From Octopus bimaculoides (Eukaryota): a stretch of DNA of 52,699 nucleotides. The stretch's first letter is position 1, and each line of letters opens with the position of its first letter. Under the pieces are notes generated by a model. It made no database searches. It was not told the origin of the DNA and saw nothing but the letters and a program-made list of their open reading frames with translations. Shown here in pieces: positions 12,104-24,500 of this stretch. The stretch covers positions 63,545,533 to 63,598,231 of the forward strand of contig NC_068983.1 in NCBI RefSeq assembly GCF_001194135.2, given 5' to 3'. The translations under genes were made by a program, and so were the position numbers.

Positions 12104-12724
12104 TATATGTATATATATANNNNNNNNNNNNNNNNNNNNNNNNNNNNNNNNNNNNNNNNNNNNNNNNNNNNNNNNNNNNNNNNNNNNNNNNNNNNNNNNN
12201 NNNNNNNNNNNNNNNNNNNNNNNNNNNNNNNNNNNNNNNNNNNNNNNNNNNNNNNNNNNNNNNNNNNNNNNNNNNNNNNNNNNNNNNNNNNNNNNNNNNN
12301 NNNNNNNNNNNNNNNNNNNNNNNNNNNNNNNNNNNNNNNNNNNNNNNNNNNNNNNNNNNNNNNNNNNNNNNNNNNNNNNNNNNNNNNNNNATATTTCTCT
12401 CTCTCTCCGTACACACACACACATATGCATGTAATGCTTACAGGTGTATAAGTGTGCGTATTTACGTATTCACATAGACATTAGTACTCATGTATTTATA
12501 TCCCACTGTGTGTGTTTGTGTTTAAGTGTATCTATTTGTGTGCATAAGTATTTACATATACAAGAACGAGGAAGTTTAATTATGTATTCTTTATATACTA
12601 TGACTTTCTTTATATAATTCTCAATCTGAAGTTCTTTTCATTACTATTCGAAGATATTAATATCTATACTAAGTTCCTTACAAAGTCGTTCCATTAAATG
12701 ATTTAAAACTTGAGAAAAAATAGT

Positions 12725-13230
12725 TAAATGTTTATATATATAAGAGTAATAAAAACTGTACCACAGGCAGCCAAACAACATTAGGCAGAACAGTACCAGT
12801 GGATAATACATATAAACTATATGAAATTCCATACACAAGTAGAGGATAAATAATGGAAGCAATAGTCATATCGCAAAATAATGCTTCAGTATATGCAAAA
12901 ACAAACAACATACGCATCACAAAATTGATAGGACCTTTGCACTCGAAATATCGATGTAGTTAAACCCACGTAAAATGGAATACAATAAAACAAAATTAAC
13001 ACATGAATGCTGACGTGGAAGCGAACAGCTCTTAGGCGGTAAAGTCTATACATAATTTCGACTAACATAAAGAAAGTCAGAAGTCAAATCTATTTCATAT
13101 TCTGGAGATGAGACTGTGAAGGTATGGAAACGGTGAGTATAGATAAAGAAACTTTATTGATCCAAGCAAAGTGCAAAAAAACTAATGTGTGCATATAAAA
13201 AAAATCTGCAATAAAAAGATAACACTGGAT
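12725..13230 (+). pseudogene. Possible decayed piggyBac-like transposase fragment
   Basis: NVYIYKSNK..LGRTVPVDN and TKLIGPLHSKYR resemble GRTxYxDNxYTS and TxLxGTLRxNRK; very degenerate. Confidence 0.3.
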
Positions 13231-14699
13231 AATAATCGTGCTTTTCATGCTATACACATATACATACATATACATGTATATCTGTGTGTATGTTTGCATA
13301 TATGTATATGAATGCACACACACACATACAGACAGATACACGCGCGCGCACACACACACACACACATATCTATATACGCACACACACACATATCTATATA
13401 CGCACACACACACTAGCAATGAATCATGGCGTTGCCTGGGTGTTATGACCTACAGCCATATTGTATTATTTGTTCCTGTGTTATGGGCAGAATCAGCACA
13501 GCTGATGTATAGTGAACTGAATTACTGGAATAATGGAAGTTATTGTTTGTTTGAAAGTGAAGAGGAGAGGGTACAATTTGCATGGGTTTGTATGAAAGTG
13601 AATTCTGTTCTTAAGAAGGATCACAAACTATGTATTGTTTCATCATATAAAAGGGAGTTAATACGCTTTTGCTCAGAAATCACGTTTTAAAAATTTTAGT
13701 TCTCACTTCCCCCTGCAATTTCTTAATTTGTAACTTTTACGAATTTTTTTTTTATCCATGTAGAAAAATACAGAAATTACGAATCTGGGTAATACATTTT
13801 ATTTTAAAAGCTTAATTTTTCTTAAAGAAACACTCAATATTCCTTCCCCCACCTATCACCTACGCGCTTTCAAAAAGCTAAAAACACTATGTTTCACTTT
13901 CGTCTGATGTTTCACGCATGCGAAGAAGTATACTGAAATAGCAGACGGATAAAATATTAGAGTACCACCAGAAAACCTGACATGCTAGAAATAACAAGTA
14001 AACGACATTATTTCTGAAGAAACTTCCCGCTTTCCCAAAAGCTAAAACTGAAACGTTGGGATTTATAGCTTTTCGAAAGTGGATGCTTGGGAAGAAAAAT
14101 TTTCGTGTTTGTTTAAGTAAAAAGAAAGAAGAAAATTCTTAATGGTTCGTACTCTCTGTTTTTTCTCTGTGGATTACCAAGAAAAGAAATTCGAAATAAA
14201 TAAAAGAATGAAGAAATTGGGATGGAAAGGGAGAAAATTAAAATATTGACAACGTGTTTTTGAGCGAAATCCTAATTCCCTATATTGAAAAGATAGGAAT
14301 CGGAAAAATTTAGGAACAGAAAAAAATTCAGGTGGTGGGCGCGGGTGCAAATGTCACCTCGGACATGCTAGAAACAACAGGTAAAAGACAGGATTTCTGG
14401 GCGAACTTCCTTTTAAATTTATATCGAGGATCAGGTTTTTAAATACACTGATCACAAATACGAATTACAGAATCGAAAAAGGTCATGTTAATTGGATTTG
14501 AGCTGTAATTTTGCGCGTGCACATAATTTAAACAGATGTTTTACCTAGAGAGAGAATATATGTGTGTGTGTGTGTGTGTGAAAGAAAGTTATTCTATGGC
14601 ATTCTTTCGTTTGAAGCAGGGAAGTTGTCAACTCGATCATGCGGTCGATCATATGGGAGCATATGATTGTTCGTTAATTTCTGTAAATTGTTTGTAATC

Positions 14700-15488
14700 C
14701 TTTATGAGAAAGAGAGGAGAAAGTGAAAAGGCAACATTTGCTTTGAAATGAGAGCAGAAAGTGAAAAGGAGGAGAAAGTAAAAGATGTGTGTACGTATAT
14801 ATGAAATGGACATGTGTATGTGCATGTGTGCGTGCTAGAGAGAGAGAAAGAGAAAAAAGTGAGTGAGTGAAGGTATGTGTTGTCATGTATTTGTTTTTTC
14901 TTTTTGCATGAATGTGTAAATGGCACTCACTTGCTCTCACTCTCTCTCTCTTTGTCTGTCTCTCTCTCTCACACAGAAATTATCTTTCATATAGACGTAC
15001 ATAAATACATATACATACATCGTTTTTGCTTTTATATGTGCGCGTGCATGTGGGACAGAGATTGAGTGATTTTATTTCCTCATAACATATAGAGAAATAG
15101 ATGACTTTCAAGGTACACAGTCATATAGAGAATGTGACGTCATCATCATGGTATAAAATGTTGTTTAGGATAGTTGAATTATAGAAAGATTATAATTTTA
15201 AATTTCTGTAATTCAAATATATAAATGAAAATAACATTTATTTGGTAGCCGAAAGATTACTAAATCTTTTGATAACCAAAATATCAAAATTGGCAACTCA
15301 TTCTTCGAATGTATTCGTAAAAAATTATATTTCTTTATGATTTGAAGAGAGCAGAAGTTGAAAGAGAAGAGAAAGTGAAACAGCGACATTTGTTTTGAAG
15401 TGAGTGCCAAAAGTGAAAAAGAGGAGAAACTGAAAGCTGTATGTACGTGTATATGAAATTGACGTGTGTGTGTGTGCGTGCGTGTGCG

Positions 15489-15520
<32 letters not shown>

Positions 15521-15711
15521 AGAGAGAGAGTTAATGAGTGAAGGTGTGTGTTGTCATGTATATGTAAGTGGTACTCACTCGGTCTCTATCTCTCTCTCTC
15601 TCTCTCCCTCTCTCTCTTTCTCACACACAAGCATCTTTCATATACACGTACATAAATACGTATTTTTGTATATATGAGTGTGTGTGCATGTGAGAGAGAG
15701 AGTGAGATAGA

Positions 15712-15751
<40 letters not shown>

Positions 15752-15985
15752 CTATATTTCGTCATGATATATAGAGAAATGGATGTCTTTTAAGGTACAC
15801 ACTCATATAGAAAATGGGACGTCGTCGTGGTAGAAATGTTTACGATAGTTGACAGAAAAGATTAAAATGTGAAATTGATGTACAGCAAATATATGAAAAT
15901 GAAAATAATTTTTATTTGGTAGTCGTAAGATTACTGAATCCTTTGATACCCATACGTCAAAATCAGCAACTCAGTTTTCGAATGC
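14700..15985 (+). repeat. Diverged tandem duplication of a unit of about 650 bp
   Basis: 14700-15315 and 15333-15985 share ordered blocks such as agaaagtgaaa..caacatttg, tgttgtcatgtat, aaggtacaca.tcatataga, tatttggtag.cg.aagattact and gcaactca..ttcgaatg. Confidence 0.85.
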
Positions 15986-16239
15986 ATAAGGAAGATACGC
16001 GCGNNNNNNNNNNACACGCACGCACACACACACACACACACACTCTCTCTCTCTCTCTCTCTCCCTCTTTTATATATATGCAAGATGTCCCGGTTTATTT
16101 TCTCTCTGTTTGTCTCACATTCCCTGTGTGTCTATCTCTTCCTGTTTCCTCCCCTTCTCTGACATCAGTACCCTCATTATTCCACATTTCCCTGAATCTA
16201 TCACTTTTGTACCCCTCTCATTTTATCATGTAATAGCCC

Positions 16240-16411
16240 AACCCCCGTAGTCGATCCATTATCGATTTTTATTGAAACTCAATTAGCCTATAATCGAACT
16301 GGGTGTTAGTTCAACATTTATGCAAAGTTTGGTGAAAATTAGTTCTATGGTTTGACCAGCAAGATGGTAACAGACAGACAGACAGACAAAAATGCCATTT
16401 ATATATAAGAT
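16240..16411 (+). mobile_element. 3' end of a non-autonomous Helitron (Lep1-like)
   Basis: aaagtttggtgaaaatt..ggtttga..aagatggtaa(CAGA)n..atttatatataagat matches the general architecture of Lep1-type Helitron 3' ends. Confidence 0.6.
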
Positions 16412-16419
16412 GTATATGA

Positions 16420-17673
16420 CTACGCATAATAGAGAAAGAACTGGTTTCTAACCTAGATCCAAGTTTCCTTCATTGGAATTTCAACATCAACAACAGTGTA
16501 TTTTTGTATGTATGTATGTATGTATGTATATATGTATGTATGTACGTATGTATGTGCAGATTTGTATGTTTTATGTATGCATTCTCATGCATAGAGTTAC
16601 ATATCTAGACATGCTCATACATATATATTTAAATGATAACCTTCTGGAAAGTTTTACAGATTTCTACAGTTCCAGTGATGAATTGGACTTGTAGCCTTCG
16701 AATTAGCTTTCTCCTTTCTGATTTTGAGAAGCCTAATTTCTCAAGATTGGTATTTAGGCAGTGTGTAACATATCTCAGAGCCCCAATAATTAGAGGTATA
16801 AACCTGAACTTGTAATCTAGATAGAGTTACTGTAGATTTTCAATAGTTCAGTATAGGTGTTCTCTTTTTCCCTGTAACATCCGCTGTGCAGCTAATTTCT
16901 ACAACTGTGCACAGTTTCTCTTCTCTATCCCAAATCATTATATCAGGTCTGTTGTGCCTACATTTTATTGAGAGCTCCACTGGTACATTCCACCAGTATT
17001 CTTTTTCTTTATGAGTGGCTATGGTTGCTACCATATCGTTGGTTTTTATTTCTTTGTCCTCGGGATTATTCTTCCGACGGATTTCATTATAGAGTGTCTT
17101 AGCTACAACGTCATGTCTCATCGGTATATGATGTGACATGCAAAGTCATTTTGGATCGTTGTTAAGCTTCTACCGTCTTGTTTACGTTTTAGGTAGAAGC
17201 GGTCTACATCACTGTTTATGTGGAAATTATGTGTTATTTCTTTACTACTCACAAGGGGCTACACACATAGGGGACAAACAAGGACAGACAAATGGATTAA
17301 GTCGATTATATATCGACCCCAGTGCATAACTGGTACTTATTTAATCGATCCCGAAAGGATGAAAGGCAAAGTCGACCTTGGCGGAATTTGAACTCAGAAC
17401 GTAGCGGCAGACGAAATACCGCTAAGCATTTCGCCCGCCGTGCTAACATTTCTGCCAGCTCGCCGCCTGTGGAAATTATGTGTGCTTGTTAGTATTTGTC
17501 AGTTTTTCACATTAATGGCTCGGATTTTATCAAGCGTCCAATCAAGCAGCCCAAATGTTGGTATGATTAATGACACAGCAAACACATTCTGGGCCACTGT
17601 TTTATTGAATGCAGAGAGTTCTGAGGTCCAAATTTTCTGTATTCGGCTGTAATATTCTTAGTGTAATATTCTT
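16420..17673 (-). mobile_element. 5'-truncated R4/Dong-like RLE non-LTR retrotransposon (copy 1), internally deleted and interrupted by a SINE
   Basis: KEYYSRIQKIWTSELSAFNK..DVDRFYLKRKQDGRSL (RT thumb region), RHDVVAKTLY..HNRPDIMIWD..VVEISC (RHD and PD-(D/E) endonuclease motifs), C-terminus FIPLIIGAL..KLIRRLQ..CKTFQKVII*, then 3' UTR. Confidence 0.85.
17235..17467 (-). mobile_element. Full-length tRNA-derived SINE (family B, Meta/MESC-like central domain) with 16-bp TSD
   Basis: Head ggcggcgagctggcagaaatgttag, B-box gagttcaaattcc, domain gtcgactttgcctttcatcctttcgg..taagtaccag. TSD tgtggaaattatgtgt at 17219-17234 and 17468-17483. Confidence 0.93.
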
Positions 17674-18294
17674 TATGTATGTATGTATGTATGTATGTAT
17701 GTATGAGGAATATCTGCTATGAATAAAAGCACTAAAATCATATAATATAATGCATCTTGCGTTTATGCAAATAAAGTATTCAAAATCGATCGCGAAATGA
17801 TTTATTCATATTGTTTGATTAGATCCACACAGATCTGGATTTGGGAAGGAGCTATTGGAAGGGGAACAGTTATAGTGAAATATGTTTGAGTCAGATATAT
17901 TCGACATATTTATTACTGACAGGCGTTACTGACTTCTGAAAGTTGTTCTATGTAATAATTCAGATATATTGTCAAGAATCCGAGAAGACTAGCAGTCGTC
18001 AGTTTCAACGAAATATTCAATTCATAAATATTTCTTCTTTTGGAGAGCTAAACCTAAACTATTTAATATTTTCTCTGTTCACAAAGTGCATATCCTATAA
18101 TTTGATTTTTAAAGATTTTACTACTTACTTTCTTTGGTACAGAAAGGATCCACTGGAAAGATCTCCTCCCCGCCCTTTGTGAAGTGTTAATATGCTTGAA
18201 ATAGTTAACATTTGTCTCTTGCAATCTGTTTTTATCCTCTTCTGACAGGTTAAAAAGAATGTAGATTACCAATCATTTTTATCGCATACTATAA

Positions 18295-18445
18295 AGCGGT
18301 GAGCAGGCAAAATCGTTAGCACGCTTGACAAAATTATTGGCGGCATTGCATCTGTCTTCTTGTTTTGAGTTCAAATTTTGTGCAGGTTGACTTTGGGTCG
18401 ATAAAGTAAGTACCATTTGCGCACTCGGGTTAATGTAATCGACTA
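18295..18445 (+). mobile_element. Degraded SINE family B copy
   Basis: gcggtgagcaggcaaaatcgttagcacg..gagttcaaatt..gggtcgataaagtaagtacc..aatcgact aligns to the 17235 copy. Confidence 0.8.
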
Positions 18446-19521
18446 AGACTCTCTCAAAAAACGTCTACTCAGGCACCAAAATATGAAACACTTCATAAGA
18501 ATGATGATTATTAGTATTTCTTCCTCTCGGTTGTATGGAATCTAGCTGAGCTTCAATCCATAAAAGTTTCTTGGCTGCATTCAGAAAAGGGCTGCTCAGA
18601 CCTCTGGCTTACAGGCGTGCTGTTTACTCTCTCTGCCTTTACTTCTGCTCTTTGGAGTTGCCTGGCCTCTAACCATCCCACTTAGACACCCTCGTCTCGC
18701 CTGCCACTCTTATTGTTACTTTTAATGAATTCAACCACCAGATACCATATTAGTCATCCGCCCAGTCCTTTTTTCTCAGAAAGTTGGATCTCTGAAGTTA
18801 CCAAACTATTCATATCTTTTCTGCCAGTGTTGACTTGCAAAGGAACAAAAACGAATGTTAATGGTTTCAACGTCACCTGTCTAAAAGTTCCTACAAAAAC
18901 TCTGAGTTCTATTCCTTCCTCTAAACCAAACAAATAACAGGTAAAAAAAGGAGAGCTTATGTAAGAAGTGTAGTGGACTGTCTGGCCATCTAGTTATGCT
19001 ATTACGCCGTCGGCTGAGATGAGGTGATTTGACATTTTAAAATAAAACTACGTATATCATGATTGTAAGCTATAAATATACAAATACTCGTCTGGTGCAC
19101 TTGGAATATCGGATAATTTTAATTTAATTTTCTATCAAATAGAAATAATATTTCGATTCAACATTTCCAGATGGCTATGACTTCAACGAAAGACAATTTT
19201 TTTACACGTCAACTAGAGTAGCATAAGAATATATTCATGTTTATCGCTAATATCTATGTGCGCGCGCGTGTGTGTATACGTGCGGTGTATGGGGTTTTAA
19301 AAGGTCAAATGAATAACAACAGAAACATTCCAAATCGTACGCTATAAACTATATTAGCTCTTAACTGTGTGATAAGGCATATACACTGATATTGCATCAT
19401 AGTAAGATATAAAAACTATCAATATCAGCACAACTGCTTTATTGATTTCGCTGTAGTTTTGGTTGCGTTTTGATATTGTTCTTCTTTTTTTTTGTTGCTG
19501 TGTTGTCCCAAGGAAGAGCTG

Positions 19522-19824
19522 ACAAGCTTATTAATGAAGCTTGAGCAGTTCGAAAAATCTAGCCTTTTTACATCCTTCTCTGATGAAAAGAAATTTATCA
19601 AGGTTTAGGTGATGAACAAGGGCGATGAACAGATGGCTTTTGGCTAGCCGCATGTATGTACTTAGATTGATAGATATCAAGGCACCATTGCCTCTAATGC
19701 TCCTGGGGATCTTCAGCAACGATGGTCACAAGATGCTTCCTCGTTTGTTCTTGCATGCCCAAGAGATAACACCACCACCTACAGTGAGGCGGTAGTTACA
19801 GTGAACAAACCCCGAATCGAGAAG
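19522..19824 (+). pseudogene. Tc1/mariner-superfamily transposase fragment (DD37D/maT-like)
   Basis: SLLMKLEQ..FSDEKKF (first catalytic D), KAPLPLMLLGIFSNDGHKMLP and NTTTYSEAVVTVNKPRIE resemble KFPASVMVLGVVSNEGHVMPP..NAxxYxEVLETVVKPWI. Confidence 0.7.
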
Positions 19825-19841
19825 TGATATGTATATCTATA

Positions 19842-19908
<67 letters not shown>

Positions 19909-20904
19909 TTATCTATTCTCCTTCATATCTTCGATTTTCCTTCCGGTTTAATTTGTTTGCAATTGCCTGACTTCTTTGTCTCTCACTTTCTCTGTCACTT
20001 TCTCTCTCTTTCTGTATTATATATATANNNNNNNNNNNNNNNNNNNNNNNNNNNNNNNNNNNNNNNNNNNNNNNNNNNNNNNNNNNNNNNNNNNNNNNAT
20101 ATATATATATATATATATAAATGGGTGTATGTGTGCGTGGTGCATATGTGTGTGTGGGCATGTATGTGTGTGCGTGCGCGTGTGCATGAGTCTGTGTGCG
20201 TTTGTGTGTGTGTGTATGTGCGTGTCAGTATACAAAAATATATTACCAGTTCCTCATAATTTCTCAGAGCTATGGTCATCCAAACGTTTGGCCGAGTCTG
20301 GTTGACCAAATGAAAGTTTTCTTTGAATTCCTTGAATTAAGGACTTATAGCTGTTTCTGCTAATTATACTGTGAATCAAAGAATCAACTTATTTTTAATA
20401 AATAATTATCTCTCCAAGTGTTACACAGGGACCATTAGCCAAGAATAATATTCAATTAGTTATTTCCCTTACTATAAGACCTTTGTTACTATTTTAAGCG
20501 CATTGCAGTAAAACACAGTAAGAAGCAAATTAGGAGTTACATCTGTAAAACATATCATCAAGAACGTGTTGTGTGAAACTGACACTAACACCGTAACTCT
20601 GTTCTGACAAGTCCATAATCTGAATATCATGATATGTAACTGTCTCATAAAGTGACTAGTTTGTTTCGGACAAATGGATCTTACACAAATATCATATATA
20701 AGTGTCATTTTGAAGTTTATTCCTACAGATTTTCTATAGAATTCAGAGCAAGTACTGGATTCTAGAGTTTGTAGAAATAAATGTAAAAATGAGAGCATCG
20801 CATTGCTAACATAAAATAGTGAAATTTAAAACTTAAATATGCTTGGTAGTTTATAATGGTTGCGAAACGAAATACTGTGTCCCTGCGAACAATTAATATA
20901 AGTG

Positions 20905-21115
20905 AACATGCACACATACATACATATACACATACATACGTACATACATACACATATACATACATACATACATACATGCATACATACATGCATACATACA
21001 TACATATATTCATACATACATACATAGATACATACAGTCATACATACATAAATGCATACGTACATACATATATTCATACATACATACATACATACATACA
21101 TACATACATACGTGT
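20905..21115. repeat. Degenerate (CATA)n array
   Basis: Seen directly. Confidence 0.95.
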
Positions 21116-21121
21116 ATGCAT

Positions 21122-21484
21122 GTTATCAACCGGTGTTCGCCAGCACGGAGACCCAAGAAGAGGTTCAAGGACCATCTTCAGCTTGTCCTCAACGTCTGCA
21201 ATATTCAAGTAGCACAACATGAACACTTTGTTCGGAATCGGGAAACCTGACTGTCCTCTGACGAAGGAGCTGTACAGTTTGAACTAATCCGACGTGAGAA
21301 ACTTGAGAAAAAGAGACGTCAACGTCATCTCAGACTCACCAACAACATAATGGGCAACTTGCCTAGTCATCTGTGCCATTCCAGGATCGGATTGTTTTCA
21401 CATCTACCAACTCACAAAATGTAGGATAAGACTTCTAGAGGAAAACGTCGTCGTCAACACTGACGGATAGCTATAAGCATAAGC
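21122..21484 (+). mobile_element. RTE-clade LINE 3' fragment
   Basis: LSTGVRQHG..KKRFKDHL..FELIRREKLEKKRRQR..CHSRIGLF C-terminal pattern and RTE-type tail cgtcgtcaacactgacggatagctat. Confidence 0.75.
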
Positions 21485-21624
21485 AACATGCAAACATACA
21501 TATATATATGCATACAAACAAAAATACCTTGTTGCCAATGTTGAAATTCCAACGAAGGAGCCTTGGATCTAAGTTAGAAACCGGCTCTTTCTTTATTGGC
21601 GAGAAAGTTTGAAATAAAACTGAA
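21485..21624 (+). mobile_element. 3' UTR-only copy (copy 2) of the R4/Dong-like family
   Basis: aaaataccttgttg..gttgaaattccaacgaaggagccttggatctaagttagaaaccggctctttc matches the reverse complement of 16428-16505 and also 48497-48582. Confidence 0.85.
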
Positions 21625-21694
21625 CGATCACATAATACATGCATACATATATGCATTCATGCATACATACATGCATATGCATGTATGTATACAT

Positions 21695-22032
21695 CTTTTA
21701 TCTTTTACTTGTTGCAGTCATTTTATTGCAGCCAGTACTAATAATTCCTTTTTAAGCCTGATATTTATTCTATCGGGTCTTTAGCCGAATTGCTACGTTT
21801 CGGGGATGTAAACACAACACCCGTTGTTAAGCGGTGGTGGGGCAAAACACAGACTCAAAGACACACACACACAAATGGCTTCTTTCAGTTTCTGTCTATC
21901 CAATCCAGTCACAAAGCCTTGGTCCGTTCGAGGCTGTAGTCTACGACAGCCCCAAGTGCCATACAGTAGGACTGGACCTGGAACCAGGTGGTTGGGACGC
22001 AAGCTTTTTACTACACAGCCACGCCTGCGCCT
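21695..22032 (-). mobile_element. Near full-length CORE-type SINE family A
   Basis: Head aggcgcaggcgtggctgtgtagtaaaaagcttgcg, body, internal (TG)n, tail ..gactgcaacaagtaaaagataaaaga. Confidence 0.88.
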
Positions 22033-23441
22033 ATTAAGACAACATTCATTTTTACTATTTTTTCTTTTGAAAGCACAGTTTACCGAAGTTCCGGCTGCTG
22101 TTTCTAGCAGGTTACGATAAAATGGCTCCCAATGAAGCAGTGAGGATCAATATAATCGACTATAATTGTATGCTAAACTTGTAGCCATGTATCTATTAGA
22201 AATCAATATATACATGATTCTACTATAAACTAATAGATTCGTCGACTGAATGATGGCACAGAATAATTATGTGCTTTTGAGATGAGTTTTATGGTATGAA
22301 CGTTTGATATGATTTGCTTATCTATAAATCCATGTCCGTATGAACGTACAAAAACATTGATAGAGAAAAGATAAATGATATATTCATGTTGAGTCTTATT
22401 TCTTTTCGCTCTGTACACGCGCGCACACGCACATACACACACACACACGTATGCACACTTATGGATAGGAATATCATAAACATATGTTTAATGATCATAC
22501 AGTTTTGCTTTGTAAAAATAGTCCATCAACAGTGTTGATGTTTTTGTTGCATGCGTGCTCTCTCTTTCTCCCCTCCTTTCTCTCTAGTTCTCTTCATACA
22601 CACAACTGGCGAGGCAATAGTAGTGTTAGTGTTGCTGGTTCTGCTTCTAGTTTCAAAAGGAGAAGCTTATCCACTGCCCGAATTTGTTGTTAGTTTAGCA
22701 ACAGTACAAGCCATAAAAATGGAAGATAACACGTTTCTAGAGTGAAAGAAAAAAAAAAATGATAAAATGTGAAACACCTAACAACACTTGCTAAAAAACT
22801 AGGGGTAAAAAGTACAAGCTAACAAACCACGACATGTATTGACTATCAGAAAGTTTGGCATACCCAGAGAAATATTAGAAATGAGATCGGATGTTCTGCA
22901 AAGGTCACGATCACTCCCCCCCCACCTCCTGCAAACTCAGCAAGCACTATAGGTAGCACCAATTTGATGTATTAAACATGCCATGAACAAAGGAGTGAAT
23001 TATAAAAAATATCCTTCTGCTAGGAGAAAAATATTCCTGGGAGACAATCCAACGCGTTTTGTATAGTGACAACTTTCAATTTGATGCTGTAGAAGATTAA
23101 CAACTAAAAATGCAACTAGAGACAGGGTACGGATTTATATTTATCATACTAATTGCCATAAGATTTGGGGTATAAAATTTACCAAGGAAAACTTGAACGA
23201 GAAAGAATAACTAAAAATTTTAATCTATTATTTGGTAAAGAAATAGATAAACATTAGACTAAACATAAGCTTATAAATATTTAAATATTAATCAACTAGA
23301 GTGCAAGATACATATATGAAATCAAGGGTTACGAAGAAATATTTCTTATACATTAAAATAGAATTAAATGCGAAAAGAAACTAATATAATAAAATAAGAT
23401 AAAGCCATTGATATTTACTTTACCAGACGCAATAAAAAGTT

Positions 23442-23506
<65 letters not shown>

Positions 23507-23516
23507 AATAATGATA

Positions 23517-23581
<65 letters not shown>
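23442..23581. repeat. Compound (GAT)n(AAT)n microsatellite
   Basis: Seen directly; explains the poly-D/N and poly-Y/H ORFs. Confidence 0.98.
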
Positions 23582-24099
23582 CATAATATTCCCAGTTGAA
23601 GTCGGAAAAAATTAACAAGACTTAACAGAAAGAAAATCAATAAATATTATGATAATAGTATTATATTATTCACAAATGGGACTTCAACAGCCAAATAATA
23701 TTACAGAAAAAAAAATTGAGTTTAGTACTACAAAATTATCGCATAAAAACCGACAGGGATCTAATGTGTATATCTACAAAACTCGAACAAAGCTAAAAGC
23801 GGTCAACCTTCTAGAAAGTCCACAAAGATGGGACTAAAGAGTGACCAGTAATTTGTAAGGAGAAAGGAAAAGCAACAACAAAGTGTTTGAAAAATATTAA
23901 AAATTAAAGATAAACATAGACCTACAGAATACCTTTTCGGAACTATAGCCAATACAGAGAAAAATAACCTGAGAGGAGAAATAAACTAAAGAAAATCACT
24001 ATACTAGCTCTGAAGTGCAGGATTCAAAGTGGAGGTTGAGGAGATATGTAAAAAATACTTTGGCTTTGGCTGGTTAATCTTAGCCAACTGAAAACATAT

Positions 24100-24500
24100 T
24101 TACACTTAGGGCAGTGTTAAAGTTTCCATGCACTGGAAATTATGTCAGCATTATGAAATAAGTACAGGAAGTACAGGAAAGAAGTGAGATAAGAGAATGA
24201 CAAAGCGACCATACTCCAGGATATGTCACTACACCTGCCAGGAGATCAAAGCTAATCAACCGATTTTAGTTGCTGAAGAAAGAATGCGCCACCTAATCGA
24301 GGTGGTAGTCTAACAAGGAGGGTGAATTTTAAAAAGTAATGGAGAAATCAAAATGAAAAGGTCAGCCAGAATGTGGGCATTGAAAGCAGAAAGAATCCTT
24401 ACAATAATTAGATGGCTTGGGACTGATTAAGGAGATACAGATAAATGCATATAAAAGCCCTAAACATCGAGAAAATGTTATTGGACATATAATGAATAGA
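24100..24500 (+). pseudogene. Decayed RLE endonuclease region of a second R4/Dong-like family
   Basis: HWKLCQHYEI..ENDKATILQDMSLH..EIKANQP..RHLIEV..RMWALKAERILTII resembles HWxLCxxY..ENExxxILWD..TDRxIKANRPDI..LIDV..RMWxLKxxxIPII. Confidence 0.65.

Noticed and set aside
18480-18950. GC-richer patch with GIWWLNSL, perhaps L1/Tx1 ORF2
   Set aside because: A single weak motif only
22588-22745. Good acceptor followed by a signal-peptide-like stretch VVLVLLVLLLVSKGEAYP
   Set aside because: No start codon in the exon, the pyrimidine tract is a TC microsatellite, no homology recognised
22800-24050. A-rich region with faint LINE RT-like fragments (IDYQKVW, KIWGIKF)
   Set aside because: Motifs too degenerate to assign by eye; needs TBLASTX
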